Shown one piece after another: positions 28,644-38,448 of a stretch of 46,994 nucleotides of DNA. Under the pieces are notes generated by a model. The model saw only the letters and a program-made list of their open reading frames with translations, had not been told where the DNA came from and did not search any database. Source of the stretch: Promethearchaeota archaeon. Its GTDB lineage: Archaea > Asgardarchaeota > Lokiarchaeia > Sigyniarchaeales > SOKP01. The first letter of the stretch is position 1, and the number at the start of each line of letters is the position of its first letter. The stretch covers positions 1-46,994 of the forward strand of contig JAGXNO010000028.1 of NCBI GenBank assembly GCA_019894975.1, read 5' to 3'. Position numbers and translations under genes: made by a program.

Positions 28644-29909
28644 TCAAACTCTAAAAAAGTTAAACATGTAAAATAGTACTATTAATATGACACTAAATCC
28701 AATAGAAATTTTAATTGATTTCTTAATTAGATAATTATATGGGATAATTCTCTCATGAATTAAATTAAATTCTTCAAATATTGCACTCACATTTGGCATT
28801 CCATTTCCTTGAGAATATTGATCTAATTCTAAATCTCGAGAAGATTTTTTTAATAACTCGAATATTTCATGAGGAGATAACTGAGGTTTATATTCCTTTA
28901 TTAAGGCAATTAAACCAGCCCCTATCGCTGCAGAAACACTTGATCCCGTAACATTCACTCTCAACTCATTAGATAAAGGGATAAGTATTTTTGAACCCGG
29001 TAAGCAGAAATCCGGTTTCATTCTCTTATCCGTTGTTGGACCTCTTCCACTGTATTGAGCAATAGTAAGTTTTTTCGTAACGGAACCAAAAGAAATTACT
29101 TTCTCAGCAGCAGCAGGACTACCAATTGTGGTAGAGTTAGGACCTAAATTTCCAGCAGGACACACAACTATTATTCCTTTATCCACTAACATTTCACATG
29201 CACATGATAAGATATCTTTACCATTAGAGGGACATTTTGTTGTTAAAGAGATTAACAGAATGTCCATTTTTATGCCCTCTTTTGCAATAGTATCAAATAC
29301 ACTAAGAATATCTGAAAAGTAATATTCCTCTTGTGAATTAGATATATCTAAATCTAGTATTTCTGCCTTTGGGGCAACACCGAGAGCAGTATAATAATTG
29401 TCCGTAAATTGATTGCTAATTATACTTGCCATTACTGTCCCATGAGTAATTTGACTTCCTTGGCTTTTTTTCACATAGTTACTATTGTTAATTCTGCGAA
29501 TAGTATTGGGAATTGAGAGGAAATTACTATTTACTCCATCATCAACAATGCCAATTGTAACATTCTTACCTGTGTGTGAGATTTGGGAATTTTTACTTCT
29601 GTTTAAATCCAATATCTCATTTATTTCTAAAATCGAAAGGAATAATTGTTGATCTTCTTCGATTGCTTTTATTAAATCTTCTTTCTCATATTCAAAAATT
29701 TGTTGTTTATTTAATTTTAGAGAAATAGAGGAGATTAAATTCAATTTATATAAAGTTTCTAAATTTTCATTTTTTAAAATAAAATTGTCTCGACTCTTAG
29801 CATCATCAAATGAAATAATTACTCTAAACTTCCTACTTTTCTCAGACGCTTTATTTCCTAGCTTTTCAAGCATTTCTTGAAAGAAAGGATCAATTTTTTT
29901 GAGTGTCAT
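28644..29909 (-). CDS. Subtilisin-like S8 protease with I9-like prodomain and C-terminal TM anchor
   Basis: IVDDG, HGTVMA, PAGN.G, GSPA, SGRGP, KPD...PG, TGSSVS, QGNG; hydrophobic last ~22 aa. Confidence 0.85.
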   Translation of the reverse strand: MTLKKIDPFFQEMLEKLGNKASEKSRKFRVIISFDDAKSRDNFILKNENLETLYKLNLISSISLKLNKQQIFEYEKEDLIKAIEEDQQLFLSILEINEILDLNRSKNSQISHTGKNVTIGIVDDGVNSNFLSIPNTIRRINNSNYVKKSQGSQITHGTVMASIISNQFTDNYYTALGVAPKAEILDLDISNSQEEYYFSDILSVFDTIAKEGIKMDILLISLTTKCPSNGKDILSCACEMLVDKGIIVVCPAGNLGPNSTTIGSPAAAEKVISFGSVTKKLTIAQYSGRGPTTDKRMKPDFCLPGSKILIPLSNELRVNVTGSSVSAAIGAGLIALIKEYKPQLSPHEIFELLKKSSRDLELDQYSQGNGMPNVSAIFEEFNLIHERIIPYNYLIKKSIKISIGFSVILIVLFYMFNFFRV

Positions 29910-29930
29910 TATGTTTCCAATAACTTAGTT

Positions 29931-30734
29931 TTATCCAAAATTGTATTCTTTTAACACTTCTTCTACAGTATAATTCTTATGTACGATTTTTGAAATAGCA
30001 CTTACCATTTTAGTAGGATCTTTAGATTGAAATACATTCCTCCCAAAAGCTACCCCAGATCCTCCTGCTTCGAGAGAATCATATACCATTTGTAATACAT
30101 TCGGGATTGTATCCATTTTTGGACCCCCCGCAATAATGACGGGAATATGTTTTACACCTTTAACAATATACTCAAATGATTCTATACTTCCCGTATAATT
30201 TGTTTTAACAATATCTGCCCCTAATTCTACACCCACTCTAACTGCAATATTCACAACTTCAGGATCATTTTCATCCTTTATTTTTTTTCCTCGAGGGTAC
30301 ATCATAGCGATTAAAGGAACACCCCATTCCCTTGATGCTTCTACAACTTTACTAGCATCCTCCAGCATTTCAGGTTCTTCATCTGCTCCAATATTTATAT
30401 GAATTGAAATTCCATCAGCACCCAATTTTAGAGCTCTCTCTACGGAACATACTAGAACTTTTCTGTCTGGATCTGGTGCTAAATCAGTAGCAGCAGAAAG
30501 ATGAATAATCAAACCGACATCCTTTCCATATTGTCTATGTCCTGCTCCCACCATACCAGAATGCATTAGAACAGCATTTGCCCCACCTAAAGCAACCTTA
30601 TCAATCATTTCTGCAATATCTTCTAGACCTTTAATTGTGCCTAAAGTTAATCCATGGTCCATAGGTATTATTATAGTTCTTTTAGTTTTTCTATCAATAA
30701 ACCTTTCCATTCTAATGCTTTTTCCAATATTCAA
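29931..30734 (-). CDS. Archaeal class I aldolase (DhnA family), most like 2-amino-3,7-dideoxy-D-threo-hept-6-ulosonate synthase
   Basis: [10 protein letters not shown]...[31 protein letters not shown] (Schiff-base Lys), AGGPK, GRNVFQ; start placed at TTG 30734 by family N-terminus. Confidence 0.85.
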   Translation of the reverse strand: MNIGKSIRMERFIDRKTKRTIIIPMDHGLTLGTIKGLEDIAEMIDKVALGGANAVLMHSGMVGAGHRQYGKDVGLIIHLSAATDLAPDPDRKVLVCSVERALKLGADGISIHINIGADEEPEMLEDASKVVEASREWGVPLIAMMYPRGKKIKDENDPEVVNIAVRVGVELGADIVKTNYTGSIESFEYIVKGVKHIPVIIAGGPKMDTIPNVLQMVYDSLEAGGSGVAFGRNVFQSKDPTKMVSAISKIVHKNYTVEEVLKEYNFG

Positions 30735-30843
30735 GATAAAACTCACTCTGGTATTTAATTTTAAATTTAGACTGTATATTATCAAATAAAAATTTATTCT
30801 ATCTTTAATACTTCAACATTAAGTAAAATTTCGAATATCTAAA

Positions 30844-31737
30844 TTGGGATTGAATCAAATGAATAGAATGGTTCGGGAATTTCTTGTAGATTTATTCTCT
30901 AAAAGTGATCTTAATAGGCTTCCTGAGAGCTATGGGGGTGGTAGAATCTTTTCAAATCCCCTAATAGGGGTTGCTCGAGGTGATGATCTAATTTTTAATA
31001 AATATAAAGAGATTATTTCTCCAAAACATTTAACTCCAAAAGAAGTTTGGAACATAAGTAAGCTACCAGACATTGAAAATTCTAGCCTTCGCATCCTTTC
31101 AATAATATGTCCTTTCACAAATCAAATTCGCGAAGAAAGTATAAAAGCAAAGAGAATGCCCGCTGAGATATATAGTATAGGAAGAAATTATGCAAATGCA
31201 TTTAAGACTGATATTATGAAACAGACAATTGAATTCTTTCAAAATAAAGGATTCCAAGCTACAGCAGGCATGTTAAGTGAAGGTTTTAATATATATCGAG
31301 GTTTTTTTTCATCATGGTCAGAACGACATATTGCCTTTGCGGCAGGTCTTGGAACATTTAGTCTCCATGAAGGGTTAATATCAGAAGTTGGTTGCAATAT
31401 TCGAATATGTTCCATAATTTCTAATGCCCCTTTGGAAGTGACACCACGCAAAAGTGATGATCCATATACTAATTGTTTATACTATTCTAAAGGAATATGT
31501 AGAGAGTGTGAGAAAAAATGTCCCGCTGAAGCTATCAATGAAAACGGACATGATAAGAAGAAATGTAGAGCTTATGCTAGGAAAATTGAAGTAGAAATGA
31601 ATAAACGCCTAGGTTCAATTTTAAAACCTCATTGGAGACGTATTGAAGGGGAAGTTGTAACTCAAAAACCTCCTGTTGGTTGCGCCTTTTGCCAATATGG
31701 GGTACCATGCATGGACAAAAATCCAATGGCAATGTAA
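30844..31737 (+). CDS. QueG/reductive-dehalogenase-like 4Fe-4S protein
   Basis: WSERHIAFAAGLGTF, GCNIR, CLYY..G.C..C...CP..AI, CAFCQ..VPC. Confidence 0.8.
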   Translation: MGLNQMNRMVREFLVDLFSKSDLNRLPESYGGGRIFSNPLIGVARGDDLIFNKYKEIISPKHLTPKEVWNISKLPDIENSSLRILSIICPFTNQIREESIKAKRMPAEIYSIGRNYANAFKTDIMKQTIEFFQNKGFQATAGMLSEGFNIYRGFFSSWSERHIAFAAGLGTFSLHEGLISEVGCNIRICSIISNAPLEVTPRKSDDPYTNCLYYSKGICRECEKKCPAEAINENGHDKKKCRAYARKIEVEMNKRLGSILKPHWRRIEGEVVTQKPPVGCAFCQYGVPCMDKNPMAM

Positions 31738-31768
31738 AAATAGTTTGATCAGAAGGATTATAATTTCA

Positions 31769-33340
31769 CTACCACGGTCTTCTAATAACCGTTGGTCTAC
31801 TCATCTCAGATTTGTTTGGATAATCCAAGTTATAATGAATTCCACGGCTTTCTTTCCTTGAGATTGCACTTACGATTAAAATTTTAGCAACAGTCGCCAG
31901 GTTCCTTAACTCTACGAGGTTCTTCTCGATTTTAAAATCCCAATAATATTGATCTATTTCATCTAGCAATAAGTTAATCCTCTTTTTGGCTCTTTGCAAG
32001 CGTTTATCCGTTCGTACTATGCCAACATAGTTCCACATAAACCTTCTTATTTCATCCCAATTTTGACTCAATACAACAGCTTCAGTAGAAGGCACTGCAT
32101 TTCCCGGTTCCCATTCTGGAAATTCTTCTACACTTAATTTTTGAATTTCCCCTGCTAAAGAATTGGCACATTCATATGCTGTAACTACTCCTTCTAACAA
32201 TGAATTGGATGCTAATCTATTACTTCCGTGCAAACCCGTACAAGCAGATTCGCCTATAACAAATAAATTTTTTACTTCCGTAGATCCATCTATTTTTGTT
32301 TTAACTCCTCCACAACAATAGTGAGCTGCGGGAACCACTGGAATGGGTTGTTTAGTAATATCAATATTAAAATCCAAACAAGCATTGTAAATTCCGGGAA
32401 AGTGGCTTTTGATAAAATCAGAATCTTTATAAGAAGCAATATCTAAATAAACATGATCATCCCCAGATCGCTTTAATTCAGCATCAATAGCTCTTGAGAC
32501 TATATCACGAGGAGCGAGTTCCTTTTGTGGATGATATTTCTCCATAAAGTCATTTCCCCGAAGGTCTTTCAAAATAGCCCCTTCACCTCTCATCGCTTCG
32601 GTGATTAAAAAAGACTTTGCATAGGGATGAAATAAACAAGTAGGATGAAATTGATAGAATTCCATATTAGCAATTGTTGCTCCAGCACGATATGCCATAG
32701 CAATACCATCTCCAGATGCAATATCTGGATTTGTAGTATAAAGATAGATTTTACCAGCACCTCCGGTTGCTAATACAGTAGTTTTGGCCGCTATATTATG
32801 GATTTCCTGACTTTCTTGGTTTAAAGCATAGACACCATAACATCTGAAATTCTTCGCGAATAAATTTACAGCACACCATTTCTCTTTTATTTCAACATTA
32901 GATGCCTTTCTTACATTTTCAATTAGTGTTTGCTCAATCGATTGTCCTGTTTGATCATTTACATGAAGAACTCTTCTTACCGAATGTCCCCCTTCTTTAC
33001 CAAGATCATATTCTCCATTGGAATTACATGTAAATTCTATCCCTAATTCAATTAATTCATTTATCCTTTTAGGAGCTTGAGAAATAATCTTTCTGACAAC
33101 GGCTTCATCACATAAACCATCTCCAGCAATAAGCGTATCTTGTATATGTTTTTCAAAATTATCATTACTATTCCAAACAGAAGCAATACCACCTTGGGCA
33201 TAAAATGTACTGCTTTCATGAAGACCTTCTTTTGTAATTAGTAGAATCTTTTCATCTGGAATTAACTTGGAAAGGTAAAGAGCTAGTGAAAGTCCAGAGA
33301 TCCCACTTCCTATTATTAAGATATCCGTTTTAAGCTTCAA
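31769..33340 (-). CDS. nadB: L-aspartate oxidase
   Basis: IGSGISGL, YAQGGIA, EGGHS, QFHPT, LITEAMRGEG, ELAPRDIV, PAAHY, GLHGSNRLASNSLLE, ESRGIH. Confidence 0.93.
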   Translation of the reverse strand: MKLKTDILIIGSGISGLSLALYLSKLIPDEKILLITKEGLHESSTFYAQGGIASVWNSNDNFEKHIQDTLIAGDGLCDEAVVRKIISQAPKRINELIELGIEFTCNSNGEYDLGKEGGHSVRRVLHVNDQTGQSIEQTLIENVRKASNVEIKEKWCAVNLFAKNFRCYGVYALNQESQEIHNIAAKTTVLATGGAGKIYLYTTNPDIASGDGIAMAYRAGATIANMEFYQFHPTCLFHPYAKSFLITEAMRGEGAILKDLRGNDFMEKYHPQKELAPRDIVSRAIDAELKRSGDDHVYLDIASYKDSDFIKSHFPGIYNACLDFNIDITKQPIPVVPAAHYCCGGVKTKIDGSTEVKNLFVIGESACTGLHGSNRLASNSLLEGVVTAYECANSLAGEIQKLSVEEFPEWEPGNAVPSTEAVVLSQNWDEIRRFMWNYVGIVRTDKRLQRAKKRINLLLDEIDQYYWDFKIEKNLVELRNLATVAKILIVSAISRKESRGIHYNLDYPNKSEMSRPTVIRRPW

Positions 33341-33496
33341 TAGAATTTTTTTTTTTCAGAAATATAATTAAAAGATATTTTTAAATACCGATAATTGAAT
33401 TAAAATTTTATTGCTATAGGATGTAGAAAATCATATTATTTAGCAAGTTTTTACAAATACATAGCATAGAAAATTCTAATTTTTTTCAAGAAATTT

Positions 33497-33991
33497 ATGA
33501 CAGAAATAAAACATGTTCTTTATATATGTGCGGGGAACACATGTCGAAGCCCTTTTGCTGAAGGCTTCTCAAATCTACTCAAAGCTTCGATATATAAGGA
33601 AGAACTTAAAGATGTGCAGTTCGATTCGGCAGGTATATATCACTATTATAAATCTGCTCAACCCGAAACTGTTAATTATTTAAAAACTAAAGGCATTGAT
33701 ATAAGTAATTTTAAAACTAAGAGAATTGATAATGACCTCTTAGAACAACATGATCTTATTTTAGGATTTGAACAAAAGCATCATATCAATAAACTAAAAA
33801 GAAAATTTAAAACAATAAAAAATCTTGATAAAAAGCTATTTTTATTGTTAGATTTTGCTGGAGAGAAAGAAAACTTAGAAATATTTGATCCATTTAAGCT
33901 TAAACAAGAAGAGTATAATTTAGTGCTTAAGAGAATTGAAGATGGCATAATTAAAGTTGTTAAGAAAATTATTGAAATTAACAAATCTTAA
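33497..33991 (+). CDS. Low-molecular-weight protein tyrosine phosphatase / ArsC family
   Basis: ICAGNTCRSP P-loop, SAG, DLIL, IFDPF. Confidence 0.9.
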   Translation: MTEIKHVLYICAGNTCRSPFAEGFSNLLKASIYKEELKDVQFDSAGIYHYYKSAQPETVNYLKTKGIDISNFKTKRIDNDLLEQHDLILGFEQKHHINKLKRKFKTIKNLDKKLFLLLDFAGEKENLEIFDPFKLKQEEYNLVLKRIEDGIIKVVKKIIEINKS

Positions 33992-34008
33992 TATTTTATT
34001 GATTTAAT

Positions 34009-34491
34009 ATGGATAAAATTAAACGAATACTCTTTGTATGTTTAGGAAATACTGCTAGATCTCCCCCAGCGGAATATTTAGCTCGATATTACGCAGAAAT
34101 TGATAATGTTGATCTTATTTTTAGTAGTGCTGGATTCATCAATGCATTTTCATACATGCAAAGAGAATCACAAGACTATTTGAATTCAAAAAAGATTAAT
34201 CATTCAGATTTTCAACCTCAATTAATCACTCGGTCTTTATTAAAAAGCCAAGATTTAATTCTAACTATGGAAAAATCCCACTCTATTGATATTTTAAAAA
34301 TTTATAACAACATTCCTAACATTGAAAAGAAAACTTATACTTTGAAAGAATTCAATGGAGAAACTCAAGATCTTGATATTATAGATCCATATTATACAAC
34401 ATCTGATATGTATCGAGAAGTTCTTAAAATAATTGATGATAATGTTATGAAGGCTGTGGGAAAAATCCAAAAGCTTAACTCACAATTGTAA
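34009..34491 (+). CDS. Second LMW-PTP family phosphatase
   Basis: VCLGNTARSP P-loop, SSAG, DLILTME, IIDPYY. Confidence 0.9.
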   Translation: MDKIKRILFVCLGNTARSPPAEYLARYYAEIDNVDLIFSSAGFINAFSYMQRESQDYLNSKKINHSDFQPQLITRSLLKSQDLILTMEKSHSIDILKIYNNIPNIEKKTYTLKEFNGETQDLDIIDPYYTTSDMYREVLKIIDDNVMKAVGKIQKLNSQL

Positions 34492-34648
34492 TTTTTTATT
34501 AATTTTTTTATTTTTTATTCAAAACTATGTTCTTATCACACTCACAAGTAGTTGTTAAAATTAAGTTTTATATAGATCAAGAGCTAGATTATTTAATAAG
34601 AAACTATGAGTTTTTGATACTACTTTTAGAAATTAGGGGTATTATATA

Positions 34649-35176
34649 TTGGAGCAATATAAGAATGAATTAAATGAAAGAATACAGAATCCTGTTGAGA
34701 ATATAAATTCAGTAAAAGGATTTGAAATAATCACTGAATCATTAGTTTATAAGGTATATGATGTTTTTGGTCGTAATAGTCTGCTCTCGATTCTGTATCA
34801 AACGGGTGTCTTTCCCGGAACGATCATTGCAGATCGAATAAAGAAAGAACATCAGAAAGAAGAATTTGAAATAATGGAAGCTCTTGTAGTTCTAATGGAT
34901 GAACTAAAGGACTATTATTCGATACAGGTAAGGGATATTGAACAATATGAGGATCGATACCGAATTGTTATTGAAAATCACTGTTTTTTACGCGAACCAA
35001 TTAAACACAGAGAAAAATTGAAATTTGGTAAAGCTCTTTGCAGGATTAATAAAGCGTACTTTGAAACGGCATTCAAAATACTGTTAGGGAATAAGGTAAA
35101 GAAAATCGAGATAAACTACCTTGAAAACGATACTGAAAAAGATGTATGTGTTGAAGAACTCATTTTTTATACTTAA
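34649..35176 (+). CDS. V4R/Bet3-like domain protein
   Basis: ILYQTG...G..IA helix; ENHCF, LCRINKAYF, DVC..EL Cys pattern. Confidence 0.65.
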   Translation: MEQYKNELNERIQNPVENINSVKGFEIITESLVYKVYDVFGRNSLLSILYQTGVFPGTIIADRIKKEHQKEEFEIMEALVVLMDELKDYYSIQVRDIEQYEDRYRIVIENHCFLREPIKHREKLKFGKALCRINKAYFETAFKILLGNKVKKIEINYLENDTEKDVCVEELIFYT

Positions 35177-35423
35177 AAATATATTTTAGATAATCCTTAC
35201 ATTTAGGAAGACTTTTAACATTAATTTTTAGGATTATACCTAAGGTTTTTAGGTTTTTCATGATTTTATCTCAAGAAATTGATACAATTATTTATTCATT
35301 TTTACCATAAATTTTTGATTTTAAAATTGAATATGTCAAAAATTAAAAAAAATATAATATTAAAGAAGATAACTAAATCACAATAAAATTTAATTTAAAA
35401 CTCAAAAAAGTTGAGAAAATAAT

Positions 35424-36596
35424 ATGGTAGATATAAAAAATGTTGTAGTCGTTGGTGCAGGTCAAATGGGCCATGGTATTGCTCAAATGTCATTACTAGC
35501 TGGTTATAATGTCACACTTGTAGATATTAATGATGATTTCGTTAATAAAGGTTGGAGTAAAATAGACGAAGGGATGAAAAAGCTAGAAACTAAAGGAAGT
35601 TTACCTGAAGGCGCCACCGCAGCAGGATTGATGGCTAATTGTAAAAAATCATCAAATTTAGCCTCTGCTGTTAAAGATGCGGATATCATGATTGAAGCTG
35701 TAGTAGAAAAAATGGATGTTAAGAAACAAGTCTTTAAAACAGCAGGAGATAATGCTCCCGCTAATTGTATTCTGGCCTCAAACACATCAACCATGAGTAT
35801 TACTGACATTGGTAAAGATTCAGGAAGACCAGACAAATGTATCGGCATGCACTTCTTTAACCCTGTCCCACTTATGCGGTTGATAGAGGTAATACACAGT
35901 AATAATTCATCCGATGATAGCGTAAACAAAGGAATTGAATTTGCAGAAACTATTCCTTGTCTCAGAGGAAAGCGATATGTCCCAAAAGTTTTAAAAGATA
36001 GGCCTGGATTTATTTGCAATCGAGTGACTGCTCCTGCACAAATTTATCAAAACTATGTATTTGATAAAGCTGCTGCTGAAGGGTTATCCTGGGATCAATT
36101 AGACAATGATGGCTTAGGAGGTCCTATGTCAATGACAGTCTTAGCTGATTATGTAGGTATTGATGTACTATACCATGGACAGATGTATTACTCTCAAACT
36201 CTATCCCCCGATTTTGCTCCTGGCAAAGTTATAACTCAAATGTTTAATGAGGGGAATTTAGGTGCTAAAACTGGGCAAGGATTTCGAGATTGGACTAAAG
36301 GGAGACCTTCACCTGATAAATCCGCGGGTAAAGCTAAATTATATCAACTCAAATATCCTCTTGCCATTATGTTAAATGAAGCCTGTCGTGTTTTAGAAGA
36401 AGGAATCGCAACTAGCTGGAAAGTAATAGATGACACTTTAATGGCGGGAATGAATATGCCTGGACCTATGGCATCCAATCAAAAAACCTATCAGAGACAA
36501 GTTGACGTATTAGAAGAACTTGTAGAATTAACTGGTAAAGAATACTTTAAACCTTGCGAGATGCTGAAATCTGGCAAATGGGTTGAAATGAAATAA
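35424..36596 (+). CDS. 3-hydroxyacyl-CoA dehydrogenase (two C-terminal dimerisation domains)
   Basis: GAGQMGHGIA, IEAVVE, ASNTST, GMHFFNP, KDRPGFI.NR, GAKTGQGF, second NEA...LEEG..ID repeat. Confidence 0.93.
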   Translation: MVDIKNVVVVGAGQMGHGIAQMSLLAGYNVTLVDINDDFVNKGWSKIDEGMKKLETKGSLPEGATAAGLMANCKKSSNLASAVKDADIMIEAVVEKMDVKKQVFKTAGDNAPANCILASNTSTMSITDIGKDSGRPDKCIGMHFFNPVPLMRLIEVIHSNNSSDDSVNKGIEFAETIPCLRGKRYVPKVLKDRPGFICNRVTAPAQIYQNYVFDKAAAEGLSWDQLDNDGLGGPMSMTVLADYVGIDVLYHGQMYYSQTLSPDFAPGKVITQMFNEGNLGAKTGQGFRDWTKGRPSPDKSAGKAKLYQLKYPLAIMLNEACRVLEEGIATSWKVIDDTLMAGMNMPGPMASNQKTYQRQVDVLEELVELTGKEYFKPCEMLKSGKWVEMK

Positions 36597-36779
36597 ACAT
36601 TTAGTAATAAATTTCCAATTTTTTTTCTATTTTTTTTAAATGTTCAAACATGTTTCATCAAATTAATTTAGAAATCTCGATTTGAAAGTTTTTAATTATA
36701 AAAAAAATATTACATATTATCTTTCAATACATAGTTTAACATTGAATAATATAAAAAAAGAAAATTATACTAATAAGAG

Positions 36780-37619
36780 TTGAAAATAATGTCAGAAAAA
36801 AAATTTAATGATGTTTTAGTTGAAAAGATTGAAGATGGAAACTACGTAGTTATTTCGATAAATAGACCAGATAAATTAAATGCTCTTACTACTGATACTT
36901 TAAGAGAGATTTATGAAGCCATGGAACAATTCGAAGTCGACAGTAATGTAAGGTGTATAGTTCTTCGAGGAACTAAAAATATTACAAAGAAAGCCGCTTT
37001 TTCTGCTGGTGCTGATTTAGCCGCAGGAATGGGTAAAGGGTTGAAACCAAATATTCCTGTTCACATGGCTATGGCTATGCAACAGAAACATAAGTATTAT
37101 GACTTAATTGAATCATTTCCGAAACCAGTAATTGCTGCAGTTGATGGATATGCTTTTGGTGGAGGTTGTGAATTATCTCTTGTCTGTGATATAGTTATAG
37201 CTACAAGAAGATCATTTTTTGGTTTTCCTGAAATTGCTAGAGGTATTTTCCCCGGAAATGGGGGTACTCAACGAATGGTAAGACATATTGGTCTAGCAAG
37301 AGCTTTAAAAATGTGCTATTTTGGAGAGAGAGAATCTGCGGAAACCATGCATGATTGGGGTTATGTTGGATTTTTATGTGATGATGGAGATGAGTTTGAA
37401 AGCCTTATCCATGAGAAAGCTTCGGTACTTGGTAATTCAGCTACAACTAGTCTCTTTTGCATCAAGAAAGCTGTAAAATTTGGATCGCAAGTACCCTTAC
37501 AGATAGGTAATATATTCGAAATGTTAGGTTTTGGCGTAAATTCTGGTTCAAAGGATGTAAATGAGGGTATCATGGCTTTCTTACAGAAAAGAGACCCAAA
37601 ATTTACTGGTGGCATGTAA
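36780..37619 (+). CDS. Enoyl-CoA hydratase (crotonase family)
   Basis: NRPDKLNAL, FSAGADL, PKPVIAAVDGYAFGGGCE, PEI..G..PG.GGTQR, EG..AF..KR.PKF. Confidence 0.93.
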   Translation: MKIMSEKKFNDVLVEKIEDGNYVVISINRPDKLNALTTDTLREIYEAMEQFEVDSNVRCIVLRGTKNITKKAAFSAGADLAAGMGKGLKPNIPVHMAMAMQQKHKYYDLIESFPKPVIAAVDGYAFGGGCELSLVCDIVIATRRSFFGFPEIARGIFPGNGGTQRMVRHIGLARALKMCYFGERESAETMHDWGYVGFLCDDGDEFESLIHEKASVLGNSATTSLFCIKKAVKFGSQVPLQIGNIFEMLGFGVNSGSKDVNEGIMAFLQKRDPKFTGGM

Positions 37620-37645
37620 TTCCTTTTTTTTTTTATTTTTTTTTG
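37620..37645 (+). terminator. Archaeal oligo-T terminator after the crotonase gene
   Basis: Long T runs immediately after the stop codon. Confidence 0.5.
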
Positions 37646-37844
37646 TCCAAATTAATTGCTTCTTTCTTTTAGAATGTGGAAAAATACACCAATTTATGGC
37701 TATAACTTACTCTTTATTATGAGTATTGTTAGTATACTATCAATAATATTACTTAGAAGATCAAAGAAATTGAAGAAATTTTAGGTCAAAAATAACCTTT
37801 TTTGAAATTTTTTTTTCTACTTTCCTTTACGAACATATTTTTAT

Positions 37845-38447
37845 ATGAGATTTTTTATATATGAAATAATTGTTGGTTATCTTAGAACTATGATTTTTGA
37901 TATTGAAGTTATTGAAGAAATTAATGATAAATCCCTCTTTATCAGAAAAATAGCAAAAACTGATGCTAAATTTTTATTCAATAGTTTAGATGAAGAAAAG
38001 TTAAATGTATATCTATCTTTAGGGCCTTTAACAACTTTAGAGGATTCTAAAAGACTTATTAAGCGATATTTAAAATACTGGGAAAGATATGCCCAATATA
38101 ATTATATTATAGAAGTAAGAGATCCTGAGATTAGTAAGGTTGGTTCTATTAGTCTTTGGAACGTCAATTGGAGACATAAAAGAGCTGAAGTTGGAATATG
38201 GGTAAATCCTTCGAACTGGAAGTGTGGTTATGGTAAAAAATCCTTGAATTTAATAAAAATAATTGCATTCAATCACTTGAAATTAAATCGTCTTGAAGCC
38301 CACATTGCGACTGAGAATCTTAATTCCATTAGATTATTTAAGGGTTGTAATTTTAAAGAAGAGGGTAATCTTAGGCAATATTTAAATCAGCAAGAGACAT
38401 ATCATAATGCTCTTGTTTTATCTTGCTTGAAAGATGATTCACTATGA
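37845..38447 (+). CDS. RimJ/RimL-type GNAT N-acetyltransferase
   Basis: AEVGIWV...WKCGYG, LKLNRLEA....N..S..L....F..EG.LR. Confidence 0.88.
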   Translation: MRFFIYEIIVGYLRTMIFDIEVIEEINDKSLFIRKIAKTDAKFLFNSLDEEKLNVYLSLGPLTTLEDSKRLIKRYLKYWERYAQYNYIIEVRDPEISKVGSISLWNVNWRHKRAEVGIWVNPSNWKCGYGKKSLNLIKIIAFNHLKLNRLEAHIATENLNSIRLFKGCNFKEEGNLRQYLNQQETYHNALVLSCLKDDSL

Positions 38448-38448
38448 G

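Noticed and set aside
30735-30785. N-terminal extension of the aldolase in the ORF track
   Set aside because: Family starts near MNIGK; the extension lies in the promoter-like divergent spacer
33497-34491. Arsenic-resistance locus
   Set aside because: No arsR/acr3/arsB nearby, and the resolving Cys pair of thioredoxin-type ArsC is absent
35190-35250. Short inverted repeats after the V4R gene
   Set aside because: Six- to seven-bp AT-rich stems expected by chance
37724-37745. 22-bp near-perfect palindrome tattgttagtatactatcaata
   Set aside because: Single, very AT-rich copy with no cognate regulator nearby; plausible by chance
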